Positions 53,395 to 64,000 of a stretch of 64,000 nt of DNA are shown here, in pieces. The DNA comes from Octopus vulgaris (Eukaryota). A program made the position numbers and the translations under genes. The first letter of the stretch is position 1, and each line of letters begins with the position of its first letter. The notes below the pieces were generated by a model. The model saw only the letters and a program-made list of their open reading frames with translations. It was not told where the DNA came from and did not search any database. Location of the stretch: contig OX597822.1 of the NCBI GenBank assembly GCA_951406725.2, positions 46,500,001 through 46,564,000 on the forward strand. The letters are read 5' to 3'.

Positions 53395-54260
53395 TATAAG
53401 TGGTCTGATCAATAAGTATCCAGACTGTTGCTATAGTAACGAAGCTAAAGCACACAGTGAAGCTACTTGGCACAAATTGACCTTGAACTCTGCTGTGCAT
53501 GCACAATAAGTTTTAGCATTCTACCTCACTTCCACTGTTTACAGCAGTGCTTGGAAGGAAGATGTATAGCGCGTAATCATTGCATTGACCATGAGAATTT
53601 GCATCAAATTTTGCCAAAAGCTTGGCAATACCTGCTCAGAGGCCTTCGCAAAGTTTTCAATGTTCTTGACACAACTGAGGAGATCTTGTGCAACTGAAAC
53701 TCAAGTGTCCTTTTGGTCAGCTGAAAGCAGTTTTGGCACAAACTTGACAGACAAAGGTCTCATACCCAAATCTTCAGTGATAATGGACACAACCTTAACT
53801 AATCTGTACATTCTCTGATAACGCATGGATGGTGATTTGACGATTTCCTCTCATAGCTGCATGCACATTTGCAATGTTTTTCTCAGTTCAGCAAGTTGTG
53901 GGTCTTCCAGAACATTCGTCAATATCGACACTTTTTCAGCCATCCTGGAAACATCTGAACCACTCATACATTTGTGTGTGACTCATACACTCCTCTTTAT
54001 ATACTTCTGCAACATTGCATAGGCCTCTGAGCAGGTGTCCCCATGACAACTTTCTCTGTCAAGGTCAATGCGACGGTCACATGCCACACACCTTCCTTCC
54101 AAGCACTGCTGTAAACATTTGAAGAGAGCTAGAATTTTTAAAACTTAGTGTGCATGCACAGCAGAGTTCAAGGTCAATCTGTGCCAAGCAGCTTTACTCT
54201 ACATGCTTTAGTTTTGTTATTATGTCAACAGTCTGGATACCTATTGATCAGAACTTGTGT
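53395..54260. mobile_element. Mariner-derived non-autonomous element with both ends from the 5' end
   Basis: TIRs tctgatcaataagtatccagactgttg / caacagtctggatacctattgatcaga; transposase remnants RICIKFCQKLG (+) and IITEDLGMR..SVKFVPKLL (-). Confidence 0.8.
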
Positions 54261-54879
54261 ATATATATATATATATAGATATATATACCAGTGCCACCTG
54301 ACTGGCTCCCATTTTGGTGGCTGTGTGGTAAGTAGCTTGCTTACCAACCCCATGGTTCTGGGTTCAGTCCCACTGTGTGGCATTTTGGGTAAGTGTCTTC
54401 TACTATATCCTTGGACTAACCAAGGCCTTATGAATGGATTTGGTAGATGGAAACTGAAAGAAGCCTGCCGTATATATATATATATATATGTGTGTGTGTG
54501 AGTGCGCATGCGTGTGTGTGTGTGTGTGTGAGTGTGTGTTTGTATTTGTTTGTGTGTCTGTGTTTGTCCCCTCACCATCGCTTCACAACCGATGTTAGTG
54601 TGTTTACATCCCTGTAACTTAGCAGTTCAGCAAAAGAGACTGATAGGGTAAGTATTAGGCTTACAAAGAATAAGTCCTGGGGTCAATTTATTTGACTAAA
54701 GGCAATGCTCCAACATGGCTGCTGTCAAATGACTGAAACAAATAAAAGAATAAAATAATAGGTATCAAATTCAAAACACAACCAAAAGAGCTACTAATAA
54801 TTTCATACTGCTATGATACTTGAACAGGCATAGTTATAAAATATGCCAGATATCTTTGAAAAGTACCCTTGAATCATTG

Positions 54880-55265
54880 GGTGTTATGCTACACTTGAGA
54901 AGACCTATTGAGTCAAGTAAAATCAAAATGGAAATTGTAGTTATGGCTGATGCCAGTGCCGCCTGACAGGCATCCACGCTGGTTGCACACAATAAGCACC
55001 ATTCAAGCGTGGGTCGATGTCAGTGCTGCCTGACAGGCATCCGTGCTGGTTGCATGCAATAAGCACCATTCAAGCGTGGGTCGATGTCAGTGCTGCCTGA
55101 CTGGCCCCTTGTGCCGGTGACATGTAAAAAGCACCATCTGAACATGGTCAATGTCAGTGCCACCTGATTGGCTCCCATATCAGTGGCACGTAAAAAGCAC
55201 CGACTACACTCTTGGAGTGGTTGGTGTTAGGAATGGCATGCAGCTGTAGAAACCTTGCCAGATCA
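54880..55265 (+). mobile_element. RTE 3' UTR remnant with four ~60-bp subrepeats
   Basis: gaagacctattgagtcaagt then repeated gtgc.ggt.gcac..aa.aagcacc modules and ggagtggttggtgttaggaatggcatgcagctgtagaaac. Confidence 0.7.
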
Positions 55266-56393
55266 GGCAGAGGTTGACAGGTCCAGATAGATGCATTTAA
55301 TTTATGGGCGTTTGTTGGGGTCTAATGTAACTAAAACACTCCAATACCCCCCAGAATGCAAGGTGACATAATAGTCCAACTAATGACTTTTCAGATGATG
55401 TGAAACTTGCCACCATTATATACTAAGAAGATATTTTAACTATATTTTGTTTTTTTATGTGTGCATGATAGTCTCCTTTTCATAAAATGTGCTCAGCAGT
55501 CCGTGCTATGTAAGTGCAAATCCCAGCACTTTATGGGTGAAATACTGAGAGGGATTCATTCAGTTAAAAATGATGATAATGATGATATATATGATAGCTT
55601 GGGTCTTAGTTTTAGAATAAAGTATGCTGTGACCCAGTGTGTCATTGGAGCTGATTAAAAGGACTGGCACAGGAAAGTAATCTAATGGTAAAATAATGCC
55701 ACAAGAAACCAATGCATAAAATGGTGACACTTCACATACACCAAGACGCACACAAACATATATGTTCTCTTATTCTTTCATTCTTTTATTTGTTTCAGTC
55801 ATTTGACTGCGCCCATGCTGGAGTACACCTTTCAGTCAAACAAATCAACCCTAGGACTTATCTTTTGTAAGCCTAGTACTTATTCTATTGGTCTCTTTTG
55901 CTGAACAACTAAGTTACAACAACATAAACACACCAACATCAGTTGTCAAGTGATGGTGGTGGGGAAAAACACATACACACATGCATATATGACAGGCTTC
56001 TTTCAGTTTCCATCTACCAAATCCATTCACAAGGCTTTGGTTGGCCCGAGGTTATAATAGAAGACATTTGCCCAAGGTGTCATGCAGTGGGACTGAACCC
56101 GGGACCATATTGTTGGTAAACAAGCTACTTACCACACAGCCACTCCTGCACCTACACACACACACATACAAAACATATACATGTATCTAAATACAAATAC
56201 GTGTTCAACCCATGCCAGCATGGAAAATAGATGTTAAATGATGATGATGATATATATATAATTATATAGACATACATATAAATATAAATACACATACACG
56301 CATGTATATCATTAATTACTATGTTCTGTAGTGAGAGAAACAAGGTTTAGTAAGAATTATTATTAGATTATGTTTCTATGGAGTTAAGGCAAG

Positions 56394-56430
<37 letters not shown>

Positions 56431-56914
56431 ACATTAGTAATCTCTATAGTGAGACAGACTAGGATTAGTAAGAATCACAATTTCAATAATGCATTAATGA
56501 ATTTATGGAACCAAAACAGGGCATGTCTTCTGTGAGCAAACAATATTATTATCTCCCCTTCCAACATCAAGAGATTAATACGTTATAGTAACGTTAATAT
56601 ATTAGTTTATAAGTAACTATATTTAGCTATGAAACATTTAAAACCTACCTATGGCAATGTTTATGGTTAAAAATTTTGGATGAGGGGTAATCTCAACAAA
56701 ATACAGGATAGTTACCACTGCTGGAACTTCTGCAATCATAATTCTGCTAGATCAGATTCTGGGGTTAAACAATAACATATATACATATATATATGTATGT
56801 ATGAATGTATATGTGTGTGTGTCTGTGTGTATACATCATATGCCAGCGTATAAATCAATCCCACACATTAGTCAGCCTCTAAAATTCTGAGGTATAATAA
56901 AAAAAGATGGTAAT

Positions 56915-57440
56915 GAAATTATTGTGTACAGTGCTCAGGTGCACTACAACTCATCAAAGATGCATGTACAGTACATAGAATTATGTACAAAAGTCAGGAA
57001 AGTGGACAGTGTATGAGTCATGATATACATGTATGCATGTGTATGGAGGGCGGATATCAGGTGTAGTGTCGGCGAATTTCAGGAGACATGGAGCTTTTAA
57101 AGGATGCAATGTCTCAGCAACTAACAACAGATGCAGGTAGTTTGTTCCATGCTTCAGCAACTCTGAGTGTGAAAAATTGTTTCTGAAAGTCATGGGAGCT
57201 GTGCTGTTTTCTGACTTTGTAACCATGCCCATATGTGTTAGACACATGTAGCTCAAAAAGGTGTTCAAGGTGGTTGTTGGCATGATGGTTAATAATTTTG
57301 TGGGTGTTTACCAAGTCAGTTGTCAGACGTTGGAGCTTCAATGTATATATGCCCTGGGAAGCAAGGCGTTCAGACTATGATAGAGCGTATCTGCTTGGTT
57401 GCACATCACTGAACAGTTTCCAGGAGGTCAATGTTCTGTG
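56915..57440 (-). mobile_element. CR1-clade LINE 3' end fragment
   Basis: TYGHGYKVRKQHSSHDFQKQFFTLRVAEAWNKLPASVV; 3' UTR gtagtgcacctgagcactgtacacaataat shared with 53280-53310. Confidence 0.8.
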
Positions 57441-57559
57441 TCAGAGAAACACTCTGGTTTATGTTTATATTTGTCAGATAAGACAACCCACCCACCAAAT
57501 AAGGCAGCACAAAATTGTTGTAAAATAAAATACATGTGAAGAAATTAATACAATTTCTA

Positions 57560-58060
57560 AAATTTTGTAAGTTTCAAAGATACTAAAATTATTATCTTTA
57601 TTATTATTATTAAAACACGTTACGATTTTAAAAGCCTTCAGATTCGTCCTCCTTATCATCACCACCTCACGTAAACATTAGTGTTTTGTCAATCACGGTA
57701 TCATCATACAGATCATTCTCATTTAATTCAACACCTTCACCATCAGCAGAGTCATCATCATCGTCATTATCCTGCCACAGCATGTGATCTTCCATGCCAT
57801 CCATTGAATTTGATATCCCACATATTTTAAATGGTTTGATAACAGTTTCTGTTTTAACTGAATCCCATGCATTTACAACAAAGCTACACAAAACATCAAG
57901 TGAAGCAGCACGCATGCTCCCACCTTTTGTGAATCTCTTACAACCCTCAGCCATCCACTTGTTTAATGCATGCTGTCTTTGAATGGCTTACTGAGAGACA
58001 CATCTAATGGCTGGAGAACAGATATTAACGCCCACCTCCAGGTATAAGGGAAATTCTATC
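57560..58060 (-). mobile_element. pogo/Tigger-family transposase C-terminal remnant
   Basis: VLQPLDVSLSKPFK (57978-58020) and V.NAWDSVKTETVIKPFKICGISN..DG.ED..LW plus acidic tail. Confidence 0.75.
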
Positions 58061-58098
58061 CACCAATGTGGTCTTAAGCACTAATTCTCATTGTTCGA

Positions 58099-58484
58099 GG
58101 TGGAGGCGCAATGGCCCAGTGGTTAGGGCAGCGGACTTGCGGTCATAGGATCGCTGTTTCGATTCCCAGACCGGGCGTTGTGAGTGTTTATTGAGCGAAA
58201 ACACCTAAAGCTCCACGAGGCTCCGGTAGGGGATGGTGGTGATCCCTGCTGTACTCTTTCACCACAACTTTCTCTCACTCTTACTTCCTGTTTCTGTTAT
58301 ACCTGTATTTCAAAGGGCCGGCCTTGTCACTCTCTGTCACACTGAATATCCCCGAGAATTACGTTAAGGGTACACGTGTCTGTGGAGTGCTCAGCCACTT
58401 ACACGTTAATTTCACGAGCAGGCTGTTCCGTTGATTCGGATCAACCGGAACCCTCACCGTCGTAACCGACGGAGTGCTTCTCTC
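58099..58484 (+). mobile_element. Young tRNA-derived SINE family D
   Basis: Head ggaggcgcaatggcccagtggttag..gtttcgattcc; CpG-rich; 13-bp TSD tctcattgttcga at 58086-58098 and 58485-58497; older reverse copy at ~48955-49270. Confidence 0.85.
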
Positions 58485-58646
58485 TCTCATTGTTCGACAT
58501 TTATATATATACATACATGCGTGTGTGTGTGTATTTTCAATGTGTACAACTAACATAGAAAAAATATATAAATAGTTACCAGGGCAGCAAAAATTCAAGG
58601 ATGTAACAGCCAATTCCAGGGTTTAGTGAAATGTTTCAGTATTACA

Positions 58647-59008
58647 TAGATAAATAAAGAAATGGAGTTAAAGTCAGGTGTTATTCAAATCTTTATACTT
58701 CTGACATATGTTTCTAAGAAAACCTTAGTATTATTCCAGAGGGAATCAAACAATGTAAAACAATGCGAACTTCTCATTAGGGAAAAAAAGAGAAACAAAA
58801 CACATCAATAAGCCATTTTAACTGAATGTGATTACTGTATATATGATGAAGGGAACACTTGGTTAAAATGGCTTATTGATGTGTTTCGTTTCTCTTTTTT
58901 TTCCTCGTGAGAAGATTGCATTGTTTTACATCATTTCTTCGAAACATATGTCGGAAGTATAAAGAATTGAATAACACCTGTGTTTAACTCCATTTCTTTA
59001 TCTATCTA
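58647..59008. repeat. Long inverted repeat (~150-175 bp arms), each arm containing a decayed hammerhead motif
   Basis: tagataaataaagaaatggagttaaa..agccattttaac is mirrored by gttaaaatggct..tttaactccatttctttatctatcta. Confidence 0.85.
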
Positions 59009-59125
59009 GCTCTCTCTATATATAATTATATTTAAATATATATATATATATATATTTATATACATATATAATAATAATAATAATAATAATCTATCTAGCT
59101 CTCTCTATATATAATTATATATAAA

Positions 59126-59171
<46 letters not shown>

Positions 59172-59212
59172 TACTACTACTACTACTACTACTAATAATA
59201 ATAATAATAATA

Positions 59213-59772
59213 AATGCCGTGATGCAGTACCAGGCAGTGGCTCTCATGGCTTCTGATCTTAACTGATTGGAAGTGTTATCATGTACATTGTTTTGTCTTG
59301 GTATAAAATATGGGCTACAGCAAATATTCTGCTCAATACCACAGATTTGCTTGTCAGTTGTTTGACCTTAACCAGTTGAGCATGTCCCTTAGTGGCTGAC
59401 GATATGTGCATCTCTGATCACGAGCAGAAGTAGTGGGGGAGCATCATAGCCATGTGTTGAGAGGGATTCTTTGGGGTTTGAATAATTCAGCTCTGGAAAC
59501 ATGGGTGGTTCTTTCAACATCCTTAGACAACCCTTATTCAGGGACCTTTTGAGCGGGATGGGCTACTCAACCTGAAGAAAATTCTAACTGGGCCCCACCT
59601 GCAAGGTCATGTGCTGTTTATCTTGATATGAGATCACCATGTCGCGCACATATGGTTGTGATGCATGTGCCTGGTGTACCCTTATCAGACGAGTAGTCAT
59701 GATGGGTATATTGGGCTTCGTATATTTTACTCCAGTGTCACTTTGATGGCATGAACTGCTCTCTCACTCAAT
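59213..59772. mobile_element. Unclassified interspersed repeat flanked by (AAT)n on both sides
   Basis: accaggcagtgg.t.tcatggcttct.atcttaactgattg also occurs at 2744-3040 (internally deleted copy, also after (AAT)n). Confidence 0.6.
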
Positions 59773-59989
59773 AATAATAATAATAAAAAGTAAACACAAA
59801 AGAATGAGACCTCGATTAATAGCTGACAAGAAGGTATCATAGCTCTTTGCTCAGACATTCAAAACTCCAAGTACTATAATGACAACCTTTTACTGCTTAT
59901 TCTAAATTATATATATATATATATATACATACACACACAGACATAAATGTACGTTTGTATATATAGTATAATTTTTTATTTTATTTATC

Positions 59990-60465
59990 TGGCAGGACAA
60001 GTGAGGCCATAACCCGTGGCCTCTAACTGGGACGTAGTCAGTCCACCTGTGCATACCTTCCTTCTTGGGACACATAACTCTACTTGTGAAGACCTGTTGA
60101 GGCAAGTGAAAATTGAAATCGATCAACATCAATGGAATTTGTAGTTGTGATACCAGTGCCGGTGGCACGTAAGAGAACCATCTGAACGTGGCCGTAGCCA
60201 GCGCCGTATCGACTGGCCTCCGTGCCGGCGGCATGTAAAAAGCACCACCCGAGCGTGGCCGTTCACCAGCCTCATCTGACACCTGTGTCGGTGGCATGTA
60301 AAAAGCACCCACCACACTTACGGAGTGGTTGGCATTAGGAAAGGCATCCAGCTGTAGAAACACTGCCAGATCTGACTGGCCTGGTGCAGCCTTCGGGCCC
60401 AGACCCCAGTTGAACCGTCCAACCCATGCTAGCATGGAAAGCGGACGTTAAACGGTGATGATGAT
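59990..60465 (+). mobile_element. 5'-truncated RTE copy (3' UTR only, single unit) of the copy-1 family
   Basis: aggccataacccgtggcc..tgtgaagacctgttgaggcaagtg..ggacgttaaacggtgatgatgat matches one unit plus tail of 17559-19930. Confidence 0.85.
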
Positions 60466-60525
60466 ATATTTATGTGTTATGTATGACTGTGTCTGTATAC
60501 AGGCAAACATACAGATATATGTATA

Positions 60526-63500
60526 CATCATCATCATTTAATGTCCACCTTCCATGCTGGCATGGGTGGGACAGTTTGACAAGTGCTGGACAGGCAGAAG
60601 CTTGCACCAGACTTCTGTAATTGTTTTGGCAGCATTTTTACAGCTGAATGCCCTTCCTAACACCAACCACTCAGTAGAGTGGATTTAGTGCTTTTTATGT
60701 GGCACCAGCACAGGCGAGGCCAGTTTTGGCAAGGTTTTTACAGCTGGATGCCCTTCCAAATGCCAACCACTTCACAGTGTGGACTGGGTGATTTTAGGTG
60801 GCACCTGCACTGACAGGGTCACTAAGTACTTGCAAGACAAAAAAGAAAAAAAACTCTTGAAAGGGGAGGGGGAATTGGAGGAGGAAACGATTTGAGGCTA
60901 GATGATGTAAGATTATTGTGAGGCAGAGACAGAAACAGGTGCGCTGTCACAAAGGAAATATATAGTTATCCACATGAGGGAAGTGCAGGAGAAAGAGAGG
61001 GAGAGAGAGAGACAGCAGGATATAGATGATGGCAAAGTGCCAGGCATAAGCAATAATATAGTGAGACAGGGCGTGGATGGGACACAGGTTGGAAGCTAGC
61101 AGAGAGCAAAGATACAGTGGTACAGGGCTAAGAGGACAGGATTGGGGAGTGAGAGGTAAGCCTAGTGCATGAAGTGGAAAAGTGAGGAAGAGAAGAGAGG
61201 TAGAGATGTAATTTGGTTTGTTGTGGTAGGGTGTGTGAGAAAATTTCTTGTTAAATGTGGGTGAGATACACAGTGCTTCTAGAATTCAGTTTCACTGACA
61301 TGGATGGGTCTTCTCCAGAACTTCATATCACCAGATATCTCAGTCCATTGTCATTTCCTCAGTGAGGCCCAACATCCTGAGATTGGTCCTTACCACTTCA
61401 TTCCATGTCTTCCTGGGTCTCCCTCTTCCATGGGTATGATCTACTTCCAGTGATCAGCACTTCTTTATGCAGCTGTCCTCATTCATACGTATCACATATC
61501 CAAACCAACATAGTCTTCTCTCTTGCATGCTACATTTGATTCCTCTTATGCTCAACTTTTCTCTCAATACATTTGCATTTTGCCATACCTGTTCACAGAT
61601 GTTGCACATCCAATGGAACATACTACCTTCATTTCTCTCCAGTCTATGCATGTCTTCAGCATTCAGAGCCCATGTCTCACTACCATGGAGTAGAGCCATT
61701 GGCACATAAACACCATATAGTCTACCTTTCATTCTGAGAGATAGTCCTTTTGTTGCCAACAAAGGTAATAGCTCTCTGAACTTCCTCCACCCAATTTTTA
61801 TTCTAGAATCAATACTTTCAGAACATCCTCCACCATTGCTAATTTGGTCATCTAGGCAACAGAAATTATCTACAACCTCAAGAAAGCCTCCTGGGCATTT
61901 GAGGGAATCTAAGTCCTGTGTGCTCTTAGTGCTTACTGCTCTGGTAAATCTGCCACATACAAAGACGACTTTATCTGTTAATATACCTGTGATTCCACTG
62001 CACCTCTTATGTGTCCATAGTTTACACTGGGTGCAGCAAATGAAATTTCTTCCAACTACTTTCTTACATATTGAGCAGGGCTATTTACCTGACAGAAAGA
62101 AAGTTTTATCTTTTTTCTTACTAACAACAACTTTGGTCTTTGGTTAACTTTAAGGCCCTTTGATTCTAGGTTTTGTTTCCATACCTGGAATTTCTTCTCC
62201 AATTCTGCTAAAGATTCTGCAATAAGAGCAAAGTTATCAGCATATAGCAGTTCCCAGGGTATCCAGTTTTGAATTCCTCTGTTATGGTCAGGGGGACTAT
62301 AATAAATAAGAGTGGGCCGAGAACTGAGCCCTGGTGAACCCCTACCTGTATGCTGAATTCATCACTGCATTCATGTCCGACACTCACCTTACTGACAGCA
62401 CCACTGTACATGGCTTGTACAGTTCTAACAAGTCACTCCTCTACTCTTAACTTCCTTAGAGACCACCATATAACAAAGTGGGGAACTCTGTCAAAAGCTT
62501 TCTCCAGGTCAACGAAGGCTAAGTACAATGGCTTATTTTTGGCCAAGTACTTTTCCTGCAGCTATCTCACTAGGAAAATGGCACCTGTGGTACTCTTCCC
62601 AGGTACAAAACCAAACTGCATCTCATCTAGTTTAATTCTATTTCTAATCAATTGAGCTATAACCTTATCAATAACTTTTATGATTTGGTCTAGCAATTTA
62701 ATGCCTCTGTAATTGTTTCTGTCTAAAGCATCACCTTTACTCTTGTAGTAGCTACCTATAATACTTCTACACCAGTCATTGGGGATGGTGCCCTCTTGAA
62801 TAACCTGATTAACTATACGGATAACTAAGCTGTATCCTACACCACCAGAGATTTTAATCATCTCAGCTGTGATTCCTGATGGCCTAGGGGCTTTCTCTGT
62901 CTTCCTGTCCTTAATTGCTTTATCTCTTATGCTGTTGTCAACTCTAATGGCTGGTCCCTCAATTGGTTCAATATTTAGTAGACTTTCCTTCTTCCATTCA
63001 TTTTCCATATTTTGTAACCCTTCATAGGGACACTTCCATGCATCTTTCTTCTTTGAGTCACTAAGTGCAAGCATATCATTATCCATTCACACACATTTCT
63101 CACCTACCACATCCCTATTTTCTCTGATACACCGCTTTGCAATCCTGAACACCTCACATCTCTGATCCTCATGCTGTAGAACATTTGCAAATCTCTTACC
63201 TTCAGCTACTCCTTTTGCTATGTATACCTGATGCTTAGCTGCCTGATATAATTCTCTGCATCCACCATTTTTCCAGTCTTTCCAGGCTTGTCATTTTGCT
63301 TTTATAGCACTCTCAACCTCCATGCTCCACTATCATGTCACACTTGGTCTATCTGGGACTCTGCACCAACCACAGATTCCATCCATAGTCCACAATAAAT
63401 TGACCCACAGGAACTTCCAGTTATCCTCTAAGCTATATGTCCCCAACTCTTCCTCTCTTTCATCAGAAGCTTCCATTAGGAAACCTCTAAATTTTTGTCT

Positions 63501-64000
63501 GTTTGCTGGGTCTTTGAGCTTCCATAGTCTTCTTTTCCAGATTGGTTTATTTCTCCAAGCCTTTCTAACTCTAATTCTGAAGTCACTAACTAGTAACCTA
63601 TATTGGGTTGTACACTCTTCACCTGGGAAAGACTTTGCATTTTTAAGCATCAATCTATCTCGTTACCTGGGGAGGAGGTAGTCAATTTGGCTTATGTGCT
63701 CACCAGACTGATAAGTGATTAGGTGGCTGGCTGGTTTTTTGAAGTTAGTGTTGCAGATCATGAGATCATTTGCCTCACAGAACTCCAGTAGTCTTGTTCC
63801 CTCCTCATTTCTAGGTCCAAAACCATAGCCCCCATGCACTCCCTGGAATCCATGGGGATGATGTCCAACATGTCCACTGAAGTCCCCAGCCACATTAACG
63901 AAGTCTCTATCATTTGCTGTTGAGGCGGTCTGCAAAAGGATCTCATAGAATTGGTCCTTCTGCTCAGACTGAGGAGCATAGGCAGAGATAAATGTAACTG
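60526..64000 (-). mobile_element. RTE-clade LINE copy 3, old and frameshifted, runs off the window
   Basis: Fragments AGDFSGHVG, QIDY, NYRGIKLLDQ, QFGFVPGKST, GVHQGSVLGP, LHGSETW; multiple stops and frameshifts. Confidence 0.9.

Overview
AT-rich, repeat-dense animal genomic DNA. The SINE, RTE-LINE and microsatellite landscape resembles an octopus or other coleoid cephalopod (inference). Two spliced host genes lie on the minus strand. (1) An apparently intact but very divergent alpha-tubulin of about 453 aa (exons 7058-8016, 14267-14440, 17039-17261, probable ATG exon 29475-29480). (2) The last three coding exons of inositol polyphosphate 1-phosphatase (INPP1; 44659-44802, 47308-47662, 50339-50507). 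The most striking signal is in the tubulin: it naturally carries Ala at catalytic Glu254 plus D251N and N249Q in the T7 loop, which predicts a GTPase-activation-dead ('GTP-lock') isotype. It also has a remodelled K40 loop, M-loop and motor-binding face. The rest is mobile DNA: three RTE LINEs with a PHD-type finger inserted inside the RT region and 3' UTRs built from repeated pseudoknot-like modules, CR1 and R4/Dong fragments, a Penelope GIY-YIG fragment, several hammerhead-like motifs (including an inverted pair), mariner, pogo, piggyBac-like and hAT-like remnants, a Helitron, tRNA-derived SINEs and minisatellites. Family assignments are from motif recognition, not database searches.
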